From assembly GCA_019358915.1 (NCBI GenBank), contig JAHHIM010000011.1:68802-132801 (forward strand): a DNA stretch of 64,000 nucleotides, in the 5' to 3' direction. Positions 18,992-29,616 of this stretch are shown here, piece after piece (position 1 is the stretch's first letter; each line of letters starts with the position of its first letter). The DNA comes from Trichormus sp. ATA11-4-KO1 (GTDB lineage Bacteria > Cyanobacteriota > Cyanobacteriia > Cyanobacteriales > Nostocaceae). The notes below the pieces were generated by a model. It had not been told where the DNA came from and did no database searches. It saw only the letters and a program-made list of their open reading frames with translations. Made by a program: the position numbers and the translations under genes.

Positions 18992-21094
18992 CTAATAACC
19001 AATAACTAATTCCCAACTATTGAGTTTTCCGACATCTTGTAGTGCGTAGTCAATTAACCACAACTGCCAATTTCCTCTAGGTGAAATAGATAGTAACCGT
19101 TTGAGGGCTGGATGCGATCGCATGGTGTATGTTGTCTGTAAATCAGTCCGACGGCCTAAGGTTCGATTTTGTAACAAGACTCGATAATTATTGGGGGCAA
19201 TTAAATAAATTTCTAAGTCGCCTAAGAAATCATGTGTGATATTAACTGTGATGTGAATATCTTTGATGATGCTAGATTCAGCAATGGCGATCGCACTTTT
19301 GATTCCCTGTGGATGATTGTCTGGGATTTGTAACTGACTGCTATTCCCTACCCTGATTTGTTTACTAGCAGATGCTACAGAGGTACGCAATTGCTGGGCG
19401 GCTTGCACTGCCCTAGCGGCATTAATTTTGCCGTAACCAAACCACTGCGAATGTCCGTTACTATTGTAAGTACCTTCACGCAGACCCAATTGCGGATCGG
19501 GGTCAGAGTCCACTATTTTATCAGCAGTTTCTTCCAGAATAAATTTTACTTGTTGGGCTGTTAAGTCAGGATTTGCAGATAAAACCAATGCGGCTACACC
19601 TGCAACTATGGGCGTGGCGCTGGAAGTACCACCGAAGTTACTAGTAAAATCACCAGGATCGTAACCTGCGGCGCCTACTTGGTCAGTAGTTAATATTCCT
19701 CGCCCGTGTAGAGAAGTGGCGATCGCTGGTTGTGTGTTCATAAAACCCCTACCCTGAAATGACAATCCTGGTGGGGCATTGTTACTGGGGGCACACAAGG
19801 CGATATTAGTTCCCCAATTGCTGTAAGCAGCTTTTTTGTTCAAACTAGTAGCAGCCGCAATGGCAATCACATCTGGATGTACAGAAAAACCACTTAACCA
19901 ATCAGTATTACCTCGTAAAAAATTATCTGGCCAGTTACGCTCATAAACAGTACCGTTAACTGGGCGATTAGCATTTCCCGCAGCAAATAAAATTACGCAC
20001 CCTTTGCCATTACGCCCTGTGGTGGCAGCACGAGTAATAGCAGCTCGTTGGCGCAAAGATAAGGGGAAATACACAGCAGAAGCCCCCCAACTGCATGAAA
20101 TAATACTAGCTCCCTTTTCTACAGCCCAGTTGAACATCTCTTCAATGGATTCATCATCCAAAAAACCAGTGCTACGAATGGGCATTAGGGCACAACCAGG
20201 GGCAACCCCCACAATTCCCGTACCATTTTCTTCAGCAATGGCTAGCCCTGCGCAAGCCGTACCGTGACTAGTTTCGCGATCGCCTGGTGTCGGTAAAAAG
20301 TCATTTTTCTTTAAGTCTCTAGGGGCAACAATTTTGCCACTACCTTGAAAATCTGGATGGTTCAAATCAAAAGAATCATCCACTACTGCCACAACTACAG
20401 AACGCACACCGCGAGTAATATCCCAAGCTTGTTCTACAGAAATATGAGAACCTACCGCCAACTGGTTACCGCCATTGTGGGACAAATACCACTGCTGAGA
20501 ATACAAGGTATCACTGGGTCGATAATGTGATTCACTTTTAATCAGGATATTTGGTTCAGCAACTAATACCTCTGGGAATCCTTGCAGCTGATTAGTAATT
20601 TTGATGGGATTTTCTGTAGCTTGTTTGCTAACTAGAAATACAAAAGTATTGGGAAGACCAAGCACAGCTTTGTCTTTAACTAAACCAAATTCAGTGGCGA
20701 TCGCTTCAATTCTGGTAGAGTCTACTCCAGAGGCAAATTGCACTGTAACTTGATCATTCAGGTAAACAAAAGTCCCAGGATTATCTTTAATTATGTAAAC
20801 ATGACCAGCAAAAGTCACATTTTCGTCCGCCCGTGCTTGGGACATAGCTACTTCTAATTGGGAAGATGTAACTGCGAACAGTTCTAAATGTGCTTGGGGA
20901 ATACTACGCTGCCAAATGCCCCAACTAACCTGAGATAATTGTTGAGGACTTAAGTCGTTCTCTAAACGAACACTAAAGCAGTCTAAAGCCTTTTCTAAAA
21001 TCAATTCTTCACCACCACGTTGTAAAACTGTTCCCAAGCTGCTTGCGGGTACACCTGTAGTGGGAAAATCAGAAGAATTAACAGGATCATTCAT
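18992..21094 (-). CDS. S8 (subtilisin/kexin-like) serine protease with C-terminal P domain
   Basis: Catalytic triad VVDDS / HGTACAG / GTSSATP; P-domain HDFLGDLEIYL...GNWQLW; start 21094 or 21127. Confidence 0.9.
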   Translation of the reverse strand: MNDPVNSSDFPTTGVPASSLGTVLQRGGEELILEKALDCFSVRLENDLSPQQLSQVSWGIWQRSIPQAHLELFAVTSSQLEVAMSQARADENVTFAGHVYIIKDNPGTFVYLNDQVTVQFASGVDSTRIEAIATEFGLVKDKAVLGLPNTFVFLVSKQATENPIKITNQLQGFPEVLVAEPNILIKSESHYRPSDTLYSQQWYLSHNGGNQLAVGSHISVEQAWDITRGVRSVVVAVVDDSFDLNHPDFQGSGKIVAPRDLKKNDFLPTPGDRETSHGTACAGLAIAEENGTGIVGVAPGCALMPIRSTGFLDDESIEEMFNWAVEKGASIISCSWGASAVYFPLSLRQRAAITRAATTGRNGKGCVILFAAGNANRPVNGTVYERNWPDNFLRGNTDWLSGFSVHPDVIAIAAATSLNKKAAYSNWGTNIALCAPSNNAPPGLSFQGRGFMNTQPAIATSLHGRGILTTDQVGAAGYDPGDFTSNFGGTSSATPIVAGVAALVLSANPDLTAQQVKFILEETADKIVDSDPDPQLGLREGTYNSNGHSQWFGYGKINAARAVQAAQQLRTSVASASKQIRVGNSSQLQIPDNHPQGIKSAIAIAESSIIKDIHITVNITHDFLGDLEIYLIAPNNYRVLLQNRTLGRRTDLQTTYTMRSHPALKRLLSISPRGNWQLWLIDYALQDVGKLNSWELVIGY

Positions 21095-21270
21095 AGGGGT
21101 GATTTTAGTTAGTTGTGATGCATGCACAAAGGGAACACTATGAAACCGATTTTCGGTCTAATCAGAGGAGAGTAGAAACAGGAAGTAGGGAATGGGGAGT
21201 AGAGAAGATTACTAATAATAAGTTCTTTCCCCTGTGCCCCTCTCCCTCTTTTTCCCTATCCCCTGTCACT

Positions 21271-21296
21271 GTTCGGCTGACGCTCACGGCAAAAGC
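21271..21296. mobile_element. SDR mini-element inserted in an STRR tract
   Basis: gttcggctgacgctcacggcaaaagc between cctgtcac and cctgttc; related to the element at 43831-43881. Confidence 0.65.
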
Positions 21297-21407
21297 CTGT
21301 TCCCTATTTTCTAACTAAGTAGCTTTGTTTTGTTAAAGACAAAAACAGAGTTAAGATACCCAAAGTTTCCCTGACTTTTTTATATAGTTGTTGCACTAAT
21401 TGACCCC

Positions 21408-21986
21408 ATGAAATCTGCCGCCCTTGCTCCCTTAATTAGCTTTACTTCCTTAACATTCATAGCAGTTCTTAGCTGGCTATCACCTGTCAATGCTCAAGTA
21501 CAACCCATTGACCCCAACAATCCCAACACTCTCCGTCCTCAAGCCCCAAACAACAGCCTTTTGAGCGTTGAGGGAGGACAACGGCTGATGCAAGAGGCCA
21601 ATCAAGCTGTTTCTTCGCAAAATTATCCTTTAGCCGCTAAAAAGCTCCAAGAAGCTCGTCAGGTTTATAATCAGCTATCTAATTTTTATCAAGAACTAAA
21701 TGCTAGCTTTACAGGAATTGACAATAGAGTTTCCGATTCCCAGCGTCAGAAAGCCCTAGAAACCGCCCAAAAACGCGACGAAGCTACCTATCAGCTAGCA
21801 CTGGTACATCGGGCGCAAAATCAGCCAGAATTAGCCGTACCGTTGTTAATTCAGATTATTAAAAGTCAAAATCCCACAAGGGATTTAGGCAAGAAGGCCT
21901 ATCAGCAGTTATTTGAATTGGGTTTTGTTGATACACCTTATCCCAGACAAGGTACTAGTTCATCTTCTTCAACTCAAAGTAGATAA
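21408..21986 (+). CDS. Exported helical (TPR-like) hypothetical protein
   Basis: N-terminal signal-like segment ending VNA-Q; helical repeats. Confidence 0.7.
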   Translation: MKSAALAPLISFTSLTFIAVLSWLSPVNAQVQPIDPNNPNTLRPQAPNNSLLSVEGGQRLMQEANQAVSSQNYPLAAKKLQEARQVYNQLSNFYQELNASFTGIDNRVSDSQRQKALETAQKRDEATYQLALVHRAQNQPELAVPLLIQIIKSQNPTRDLGKKAYQQLFELGFVDTPYPRQGTSSSSSTQSR

Positions 21987-22215
21987 ACTCCTCTATCAGC
22001 CCACCTCCCCTGAATTCTCCAATGTTAATATGAGATTATTTGCCATAGGTTTTTAATCAGGCGTTAGCGTTCAGGCAGCGTGCCGTAGAGAAAATATCGC
22101 CAAAATCAGCCTCAAAAGCGCATTTACACCTAGCATTGCCAAAACCTCAAGTTGGCGAGTTCTTTCGCATCTGTATCTGTTAATAATAGAAAAGTAACTT
22201 TTTTCAGGAATTGCG

Positions 22216-22473
22216 ATGATTAATCCGCAACAGGTTGAGGCAATGATCAAGGCGGAACTGCCAGACGCCCAAATTCAGGTGCAGGACTTAACTGGTGGCG
22301 GTGACCACTATCAAGTAACAGTAGTTTCATCGCAGTTTGCCGATAAGGGACTGGTGCAACAACATCAGTTAGTTTATGGTGCATTGCGGCAAGCTATGTC
22401 AACTGAGGCAATTCATGCCTTGGCTGTCAAAACCTATACTCCCGAAGCTTGGCAAGCAACAGCCGCTTCGTAA
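22216..22473 (+). CDS. bolA: BolA family protein
   Basis: [24 protein letters not shown]. Confidence 0.93.
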   Translation: MINPQQVEAMIKAELPDAQIQVQDLTGGGDHYQVTVVSSQFADKGLVQQHQLVYGALRQAMSTEAIHALAVKTYTPEAWQATAAS

Positions 22474-22573
22474 GAGCAATCAGTCCAAAGTTAAAATTCC
22501 ACAGTGGCAATACTGACTGTTGAATTATTGACTATTGACATCTTGGCTATTAGCAACATAGGAAAAAAAGACC

Positions 22574-22897
22574 ATGAACCCAGAAACCAAAGAAAAGATT
22601 GATAACTTGTTACAACAAAACAAGATATTGGTTTTTATGAAGGGAAACAAATTGATGCCTCAATGTGGTTTCTCCAATAACGTCGTACAGATTCTCAATA
22701 CGTTAGGAGTTCCCTTTGAGACAGTTGACGTTCTCTCAGACTATGAAATTCGCCAGGGTATTAAAGAATATTCCGATTGGCCGACAATTCCCCAAGTGTA
22801 TATTGACGGTCAATTCGTCGGAGGTTCCGACATCCTGATTGAACTGTACCAAAAAGGCGAATTGCAGCAATTGGTAGAAGTAGCACTAGCGTCATAA
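22574..22897 (+). CDS. grxD: Monothiol glutaredoxin
   Basis: PQCGFS, WPTIPQVY, GGSDI. Confidence 0.95.
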   Translation: MNPETKEKIDNLLQQNKILVFMKGNKLMPQCGFSNNVVQILNTLGVPFETVDVLSDYEIRQGIKEYSDWPTIPQVYIDGQFVGGSDILIELYQKGELQQLVEVALAS

Positions 22898-22901
22898 TCC
22901 C

Positions 22902-22937
22902 TATTCAGCAGCATCTCTTCTACTTTGCTGCTGAATA
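22902..22937 (+). terminator. Hairpin after grxD
   Basis: tattcagcagca / tgctgctgaata, perfect 12-bp stem. Confidence 0.65.
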
Positions 22938-23169
22938 AGTCTTTGCATAACTGCCTGGAAACACTCCAGGGTTTTTTTAAGTTTTCCCGGAATATTTGGG
23001 TTGCTAATTCCTTAGCACTATATTTTTAGCAATACAGTGCTAAAGGATGCCTTTGATAAATATAATATCTCCAAAATTTCACACCACTGCACCCTTGATC
23101 AAAGCAAACGATATGTTATAATCATCTGCGTTAATCCATGGTTACTATCAAAGACTAGAGTTAAAGGTA

Positions 23170-23418
23170 TTAGTAGTAATCAGGTTGTGCCTGTGGTTGC
23201 GTCATGGCAAAATTTGATGCATCGTACAAGTAGCGGCTGGCTTCCTCCTCTAGGCGATGAATCAGAATGGGTTCAATGGCGTTACTGTGTCGCAGCGCGG
23301 CTAAATATCCATCCAAATACATCCGCATATCGTCCGTGCGATAACCGCGATTCCATAACTCGACGAAGGCGTCGGTAATTCGTTGGTAATAGCGGATGGT
23401 TTGTGTGTCTTGGAGCAT
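23170..23418 (-). CDS. Conserved cyanobacterial hypothetical protein (DUF6761-like)
   Basis: MLQDTQTIRYYQRITDAFVELWNRGYR...YLDGYLAAL; ATG at 23418. Confidence 0.7.
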   Translation of the reverse strand: MLQDTQTIRYYQRITDAFVELWNRGYRTDDMRMYLDGYLAALRHSNAIEPILIHRLEEEASRYLYDASNFAMTQPQAQPDYY

Positions 23419-23911
23419 AACTGCTTTATTAATCTCTTGGAATGAGAATTGTAAATGATTCACGCTCAAATGTGAAGTCTTACTTCCACCTTCTTTTGAT
23501 CAACTCCAGGCGAAAATATCTATCGTGGGCAAGATCCTCCAGCAGCTACAACGTGATCTGATCCTATTCCATAAAATTTGGAATATGATGGTTTGGTAAG
23601 CTATTTTTATGATTGTTTCCGTCAACAGCCCGAATTGATTGGCGGATGTGGACGCTAAGTTTGGCAAAATATCATCCGCTAGCAGCATAAAGCCAAAATA
23701 TAGCTTAGGTAACGCTTGCCCTGTTTAGTGATAGTTCATTGGTAACTTAAACCCCTCTAAGGTAGGATATTCTACCAAAGGAACTTTTGATAAGTCTAAC
23801 AAAAATTTAAGAAAAAATTAAAGAATATTACTAACTCAGCTTTTGGCAAGGCATTAGTTAAAGATCATGCCACTCTTGGTATGAGGAAATGTAAAGCTAA
23901 TAGCAACTGGG

Positions 23912-23953
23912 GTAACAAAGGCTACAAAACCTTGAGCATGGGCTTGTTACTTT
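23912..23953 (+). promoter_or_regulatory. Canonical NtcA-activated promoter of nrrA
   Basis: GTA-acaaaggc-TAC (23912-23925), 22-nt spacer, TACTTT -10 box (23948-23953). Confidence 0.9.
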
Positions 23954-23985
23954 GAAAGTCATCGACGCTAAGGGGTCTTGCCGCC

Positions 23986-24756
23986 GTGGGTTCGGTTTGT
24001 ATTGAAATCGTTGAGGGGAATCCCCATCTGAGGTCGTTGCTGGGATGGCACTTGCAACAGTTGGAATACCGTGTGCATCAAGCCGCCAGCATTTATCAAG
24101 CAAGGGAAGTGTTCTTAAGTCATCAACCAACACTGGTGATTCTTGATGCCGATTTACCTGACGGTGATGGCATTGAGTTTTGCCGTTGGTTGCATCGTCA
24201 GCAACAGCCTTTAATCTTAATGCTATCTGCCCGTAGTAATGAAGCTGATATCGTTGCAGGTTTGAAGGCGGGAGCTGATGACTACCTAAGCAAACCTTTT
24301 GGAATGCAAGAGTTTCTCGCCAGGGTAGAGGCATTGATTCGCCGCAAGCGCACACCCACTGCACCAGCTTATTTAGATTATGGCAGCTTACAAATTGATT
24401 TAGTACAGCGCCGAGTCCGATTCCAAGGGGAGTTTATTGATTTAACGCCCCAGGAGTTTAGTTTGTTGTACGTTTTAGCACAAGCTGGAGGAGTGCCTCT
24501 GAGTAGGTCGGAATTACTGCGTCGTGCTTGGCCTGACGCTATCGACAACCCACGCACCATTGATACTCATGTTTTGTCGCTGCGAAAAAAAGTTGAACTT
24601 GATCCCCGTCAACCTAGTTTGATTCAAACTATCCGTAATGTGGGATACCGATTTAACATGGAAATTTTGAATGCCAATGTACCGCAGTCACAAACCAAGT
24701 TAACTAAAGAAAGATTCAGCAATCCACGTTCTACACTGAGTACTCAAAGGTCATAA
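23986..24756 (+). CDS. nrrA: OmpR-family nitrogen-regulated response regulator
   Basis: MGSVCIEIVEGNPHLRSLLGWHL receiver domain plus winged helix; preceded by an NtcA promoter. Confidence 0.88.
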   Translation: MGSVCIEIVEGNPHLRSLLGWHLQQLEYRVHQAASIYQAREVFLSHQPTLVILDADLPDGDGIEFCRWLHRQQQPLILMLSARSNEADIVAGLKAGADDYLSKPFGMQEFLARVEALIRRKRTPTAPAYLDYGSLQIDLVQRRVRFQGEFIDLTPQEFSLLYVLAQAGGVPLSRSELLRRAWPDAIDNPRTIDTHVLSLRKKVELDPRQPSLIQTIRNVGYRFNMEILNANVPQSQTKLTKERFSNPRSTLSTQRS

Positions 24757-24809
24757 GGGAGATAACATTAATTCAAAATTCCAAAATTAATTTGGAGACA
24801 AGCAAGCAA

Positions 24810-25610
24810 CTAAATCCATTCCTCAGCTGCTTGTGTTTCGGCTTCGATCAAGCTTTCTCGTAAGTTAACCCAATTTATCTCAGAGGCTGTTTGGTCTGTC
24901 AACAAATGACCTTGCTGTAGCTGTAATAATCGAGTGCAAAACATCTGGGCTAAGTCTATCTGGTTATTGACCATCAAAATTGTAGTTTGATGAGTTTGAG
25001 TTAGCTGGTTGAGAATTTGCATCAGGTGAGAAGCTTTACCAGTATCCAAGGCAGATGTTGGCTCATCTAATAGTAGAACCTTTGGCTGGATAACTAAGGC
25101 ACGAGCGATCGCAATTAATTGTCGCTGTCCAGCAGAAAGTTGTAGTTCAGTTTTCCCCAACCATTCACTGGGGATGTGCAATTGTTCTATCCAGTGTTCG
25201 ACTCTTGGCTGAATTGTTTGTTTGGGTAATCCACGCAAAACTAAAGGATAAGCCAAAGCTTGCTGGACTGTCATCCCCAACAGCTTTGACTCTTGTAATA
25301 CCAGTGTTACGTTTTGGCGTAACTGTGTAGCAGGAATTTGGTGATACTCCTGATTTTCCAGATAGATTTTGCCACTTGTGGGTGTACTCAGGCGGTTAAT
25401 CAGCCGTAGTAGTGAAGTTTTTCCAGCACCGGATGGGCCGACAATCGCAATGCGTTCACCGCAGGTGTTGGCGGAGCCATCGCCTGGGAAAACCTCAAAG
25501 GAAATATCCTGCAATATGGGATATCCCTGAAGCTGGGTTTTCAGCTTGGCAAACAAATTAACTTGTTCTAGCCTTAGTTGGGCTGTTGTGGTGACATTAT
25601 TCAAGTTCAA
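24810..25610 (-). CDS. ABC transporter ATP-binding protein carrying an 8-aa SDR-derived insert
   Basis: GPSGAGKT, LSAGQ, LLLDEPT; the H-loop position reads VNNQ. Confidence 0.88.
   Translation of the reverse strand: MNLNNVTTTAQLRLEQVNLFAKLKTQLQGYPILQDISFEVFPGDGSANTCGERIAIVGPSGAGKTSLLRLINRLSTPTSGKIYLENQEYHQIPATQLRQNVTLVLQESKLLGMTVQQALAYPLVLRGLPKQTIQPRVEHWIEQLHIPSEWLGKTELQLSAGQRQLIAIARALVIQPKVLLLDEPTSALDTGKASHLMQILNQLTQTHQTTILMVNNQIDLAQMFCTRLLQLQQGHLLTDQTASEINWVNLRESLIEAETQAAEEWI
25455..25478 (-). mobile_element. 24-nt SDR inserted in frame into a HIP1 site
   Basis: Minus strand GCGAT|GGCTCCGCCAACACCTGCGGTGAA|CGC; removal restores GCGATCGC and PGDRIAIVG. Confidence 0.8.
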
Positions 25611-25697
25611 CCTTTATATGTGAGTGGGGACTGGGAAATAGAGACTGGGTACTAGGGAAAAATCACCACTCTCTATTCCCTACTCTCTATTCTCTAT

Positions 25698-26264
25698 CTA
25701 AGTTAATTTGCCAAGAGCTAAAGCTGTAGTGATAGTCCAGCCATCTACTAACAGCAGTAGCAAGGTGAATCCCAACAAAATCACATACATCCACGGCTGC
25801 GCCAAGGGGCGAACATCTGTGGTATCAATGCTCGTTTTGGTTTCGACGATTTTTACCAAGCGGGTAAATCCGGCTACACGCATTGGTAATAAATAAGCCT
25901 TTCCATCTTGACTAAGGAAATAATAAACTAGTCCGCCTTGACCAGTGGAGCGAGGCTTTAACTCTTTTACATCCAACCAAGATAAAAACCAACCTTTACG
26001 AAAGAAGCCAGGAACCCATGCGGGGTAAGTTACCTGAATTCCTTGATCATCTACAATTACTCGCTCAGTCAATATCGCAGACAAAGCAACAAAGCCGATA
26101 CTAATTCCCACCCATAACAAAACTGGTGGTACGGGCGCAGCTGTTACTTGAGACAAAAAAGGTAATGGTACTGTGAGTGACACATATAGACTTAAGAGCG
26201 TTATCCGAATTAACGGGGACAAACGAAAAACAGAGGCTGAGGTATTGGCTGAATTTGCTGTCAC
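25698..26264 (-). CDS. Conserved membrane protein
   Basis: Three hydrophobic segments; FRLSPLIRITLLSLY, LLPMRVAGF, PLAQPWMY. Confidence 0.7.
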   Translation of the reverse strand: MTANSANTSASVFRLSPLIRITLLSLYVSLTVPLPFLSQVTAAPVPPVLLWVGISIGFVALSAILTERVIVDDQGIQVTYPAWVPGFFRKGWFLSWLDVKELKPRSTGQGGLVYYFLSQDGKAYLLPMRVAGFTRLVKIVETKTSIDTTDVRPLAQPWMYVILLGFTLLLLLVDGWTITTALALGKLT

Positions 26265-26333
26265 GGCTTAATCACAATACTTTTCTTTATATATTTTAAT
26301 AAAAGTTTGTAGTAAAAAAATAAACATCCCAGA

Positions 26334-26795
26334 TTAAGGTAAATACTTTTGCACTACACTCCAACCAGTTAGGGAAACCCAGGCAAAACCCCCGAATAAA
26401 ATCATATTTACCCCAATATGTAAAGGTCTAGCCCAAAACCGTCTGGTGCTAATTTGGGTTGCACTAAAAGCAGATAGCAAAACCAACACTACGACAATCA
26501 ACCCAGCAATCAAGTGTTGTGAGTGTCCTAAGGAACCAAAGTGTCCTAGAGTGCCAACAATACCAATAGCCAGCAACAGCAACACTAAACTGACCATAGT
26601 GATGCCAATTGTATGGTGGAGCGATCGCACCTGCCTACGTCCGCCCATAAACCATGGAAAGCGCAGAAAATGCTGCGAAGTTCGCTCCTGAAACATCCAA
26701 ATCCCCGTCAGTGCTAACAGCAAATACGCCAGTAGCGACAAACCCATAGACCAAGCGGCTATTTTCCACAACCAAATAAAAGAAGGCAAATTCAT
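26334..26795 (-). CDS. DUF4079-like (cytochrome b561-like) membrane protein
   Basis: Four TM helices with His residues (RSLHH, HSQH, RPLH); ATG at 26795. Confidence 0.65.
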   Translation of the reverse strand: MNLPSFIWLWKIAAWSMGLSLLAYLLLALTGIWMFQERTSQHFLRFPWFMGGRRQVRSLHHTIGITMVSLVLLLLAIGIVGTLGHFGSLGHSQHLIAGLIVVVLVLLSAFSATQISTRRFWARPLHIGVNMILFGGFAWVSLTGWSVVQKYLP

Positions 26796-26925
26796 AACAT
26801 TGATTGTAGATGCGAATGGGTGGAGATCAAGGGGATGGTGGCAATAATTAACCGACCAATGACTAATATTCAACAAAAAGGGCTGCTGAATTTAGCAACC
26901 CTAAAATTATAAAAAATTGTTTTTT

Positions 26926-27318
26926 TTAATCAATGGATGCTAGACCAGCAATTGTTAAAGGTTTTGTTGTATCTTCAATTTTTGTATTAATTGACTGCAC
27001 CATTGGTGTTGTACTGATAGCATCGATGCCTATCGAGTCTGTATTAAACTCACTACTGCTTGGCTCGTTAATTGCCAGGCGATCGCACGGAATTGTATCC
27101 GATAAAATTGCACTTGCCATCATCCCCGTATGAATCTCCATTTGAGATGCTTGCGGGGCTTCAAACACGAGGCGTTGTCCAGGAAAAACAACTCTTTCAA
27201 AGTACCAGTTGGGAATATTGGCGATGCGAGCCACCTGGATTTTGCTCGTGGCATTAACGTAGCAGCAGAGGATCTTCCTTGATTGCTCAGGTGGTAGAGG
27301 ATCTAATATTTGAGCCAT
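26926..27318 (-). CDS. DUF1830 domain protein
   Basis: CCYVNATSKIQVARIANIPNWYFERVVFPGQRLVFEAP. Confidence 0.8.
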   Translation of the reverse strand: MAQILDPLPPEQSRKILCCYVNATSKIQVARIANIPNWYFERVVFPGQRLVFEAPQASQMEIHTGMMASAILSDTIPCDRLAINEPSSSEFNTDSIGIDAISTTPMVQSINTKIEDTTKPLTIAGLASID

Positions 27319-27391
27319 AACTGCGGAGGAGCTTTACGCCACAATTTTACATTACACCAGCCAAACTAACATTGACTGATCCCCAGATGCT

Positions 27392-27405
27392 GTAACTCCG
27401 ACTAC
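27392..27405. promoter_or_regulatory. Possible NtcA box in the divergent DUF1830 / radical SAM intergenic region
   Basis: tGTA-actccgac-TAC; no -10 at canonical spacing. Confidence 0.35.
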
Positions 27406-27896
27406 CAACTACAATTTTCTACGTTATTTCTATCTAAATGTATGTTCAAGTGATGAAAATTCTATAAAAAGTATGCCCTAGTGAAAAATATACACTACGT
27501 TGGCAAGTTTTTAGTTTTCTCCTGAGCACAAAAGTTATGATGCGTCCTTTCATCAGGCAACTATGAGTTAGGTATGGCAGTTATTCCCTGATTTCTCCTC
27601 AACTTTAGGACTAGGTTTATTGGTTTCATCTATCCCCAGATTTATAGGCAGGAATCATCGCTTAATAGCCAAACTCAATGTTATGGTAAAGATATATGAC
27701 AAACTTCCTCATAAAATCTATCTATTTTGTTTGATGCAGCACAAATTTAGCTATTCTGGCGATCGCCAACTTAAGCCAATCAAATTCAGCAATTGGCTTA
27801 AATGTCAAGCATAATTGTGAAAAACACAGCCAACCAAAAACAAACACACAGTTAAAAACTGCATGTTTCTCTCGCTTTTTCCTAGAAAACAGCAAG

Positions 27897-29489
27897 ATGG
27901 AAGTTCAAAAATCCATGATGGAAAATCGAATTCTCTACGTTCGCCTTCCTTGTAACCCCATCTTTCCCATTGGGGTTGTATACCTTAGTGATCATGTTCA
28001 CAAGCTATTTACCAACATTGAACAGCGTATTTTTGATTTGGGGACAGTACCACCTTTAGATTACGCCTCCGCCTTAGATAACTGTATCGATGAATTTAAG
28101 CCCACTTTACTAGTGTATTCGTGGCGTGATATTCAAATTTATGCACCTGTGGGTGGACGTGGTGGTAACCCATTGCAAAACGCCTTTGAATTCTACTACG
28201 CCAAGAATCCCCTAATTAAATTACGCGGAGCATTAGGCGGTTTGCGAATCTTCATCGCTTACTATGTGGAGTTATGGCGCAACCAGGGATTAATCAAACG
28301 TGGTTTGAAACGCGCCCAAAAATATCATCCTGACCCTCGTGCAGTTGTGGGTGGCGGTGCAGTCAGCGTATTCTACGAACAGTTGGGTAAAAGCTTACCC
28401 CAAGGGACAATTATTTCTGTGGGTGAAGGGGAAACCCTGCTAGAAAAACTTTTAAGTGGTAGAGCAATTCAAGATGAACGCTGCTACATAGTGGGGGAAA
28501 CTCAACCACGGCAAAGAATGATTCACGAACAACCTACCCCACTGGAGAAAACAGCCTGTAACTACGACTATATTGAAAGCATTTGGCCAGAATTTAACTA
28601 TTACCTGCAAGAACAAGATTTTTACATCGGCGTACAAACCAAGCGCGGTTGTCCCCACAACTGTTGTTATTGCGTTTACACAGTTGTCGAAGGTAAACAA
28701 GTACGCATCAACCCAGCAAACGAAGTAGTAGCCGAGATGCGCCAATTGTATAATCGCGGCATTCGTAATTTCTGGTTTACCGATGCTCAATTCATCCCCG
28801 CACGCAAATTTATTGACGATGCTATAGAACTTTTACAGAAAATCGTCGATTCTGGGATGACAGATATCCACTGGGCAGCATACATCAGAGCCGACAACCT
28901 GACACCCGAATTGTGCGACTTGATGGCAAAAACCGGGATGAACTACTTTGAAATTGGAATTACCAGTGGTTCTCAAGAACTCGTGCGGAAAATGCGGATG
29001 GGTTATAACCTGCGAACAGTCTTGCAAAATTGCCGTGACTTAAAAGCTGCTGGTTTCAACGATTTAGTTTCCGTCAACTACTCCTTCAACGTCATTGACG
29101 AACGTCCCGAAACCATCCGCCAAACCATCGCCTACCACCGCGAACTAGAACGGATTTTTGGTGCTGATAAAGTCGAACCTGCTATCTTCTTTATTGGACT
29201 GCAACCCCATACCCATTTAGAAGAATATGCCTTTAAGGAAGGTATCCTCAAACCAGGTTATGATCCCATGAGCTTAATGCCGTGGACAGCCAAAAAACTT
29301 CTTTGGAATCCCGAACCTTTAGGTTCATTCTTTGGAGAAGTCTGCTTGCAAGCTTGGCAACAAAACCCCAACGACTTCGGACGCGAAGTCATGAAAATCT
29401 TAGAAGAAAAGTTGGGTTGTGCCGACTTAGAAGCAGCACTTTCTGCACCAATGGAGACGAAAGAAAAACAATTGGCAGGCATATCATAA
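27897..29489 (+). CDS. B12-binding-type radical SAM protein (Slr0320-like, PSII high-light acclimation family)
   Basis: CPHNCCYC cluster motif; N-terminal RLPCNPIFPIGVVYL. Confidence 0.82.
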   Translation: MEVQKSMMENRILYVRLPCNPIFPIGVVYLSDHVHKLFTNIEQRIFDLGTVPPLDYASALDNCIDEFKPTLLVYSWRDIQIYAPVGGRGGNPLQNAFEFYYAKNPLIKLRGALGGLRIFIAYYVELWRNQGLIKRGLKRAQKYHPDPRAVVGGGAVSVFYEQLGKSLPQGTIISVGEGETLLEKLLSGRAIQDERCYIVGETQPRQRMIHEQPTPLEKTACNYDYIESIWPEFNYYLQEQDFYIGVQTKRGCPHNCCYCVYTVVEGKQVRINPANEVVAEMRQLYNRGIRNFWFTDAQFIPARKFIDDAIELLQKIVDSGMTDIHWAAYIRADNLTPELCDLMAKTGMNYFEIGITSGSQELVRKMRMGYNLRTVLQNCRDLKAAGFNDLVSVNYSFNVIDERPETIRQTIAYHRELERIFGADKVEPAIFFIGLQPHTHLEEYAFKEGILKPGYDPMSLMPWTAKKLLWNPEPLGSFFGEVCLQAWQQNPNDFGREVMKILEEKLGCADLEAALSAPMETKEKQLAGIS

Positions 29490-29503
29490 TTTCTTCTTCA
29501 TGT

Positions 29504-29555
29504 CTTTGTGCCTTTGTGTTTATAAAAAAATTATATTAAACACCAAGACACAAAG
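29504..29555. repeat. Imperfect 19-bp inverted repeat after the radical SAM gene
   Basis: ctttgtgcctttgtgttta / taaacaccaagacacaaag, 17 of 19 complementary. Confidence 0.6.
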
Positions 29556-29616
29556 TAAAATCACCAGCAAATTGGGGGAATAAAAGCAGATTTTTAATTA
29601 TGAATAATTAAAGCCC

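Noticed and set aside
27897..29489. Radical SAM enzymes as maturases for the Nif11 protein
   Set aside because: They lie 20-30 kb away, belong to widespread housekeeping-type families, and show no evident SPASM or RRE features
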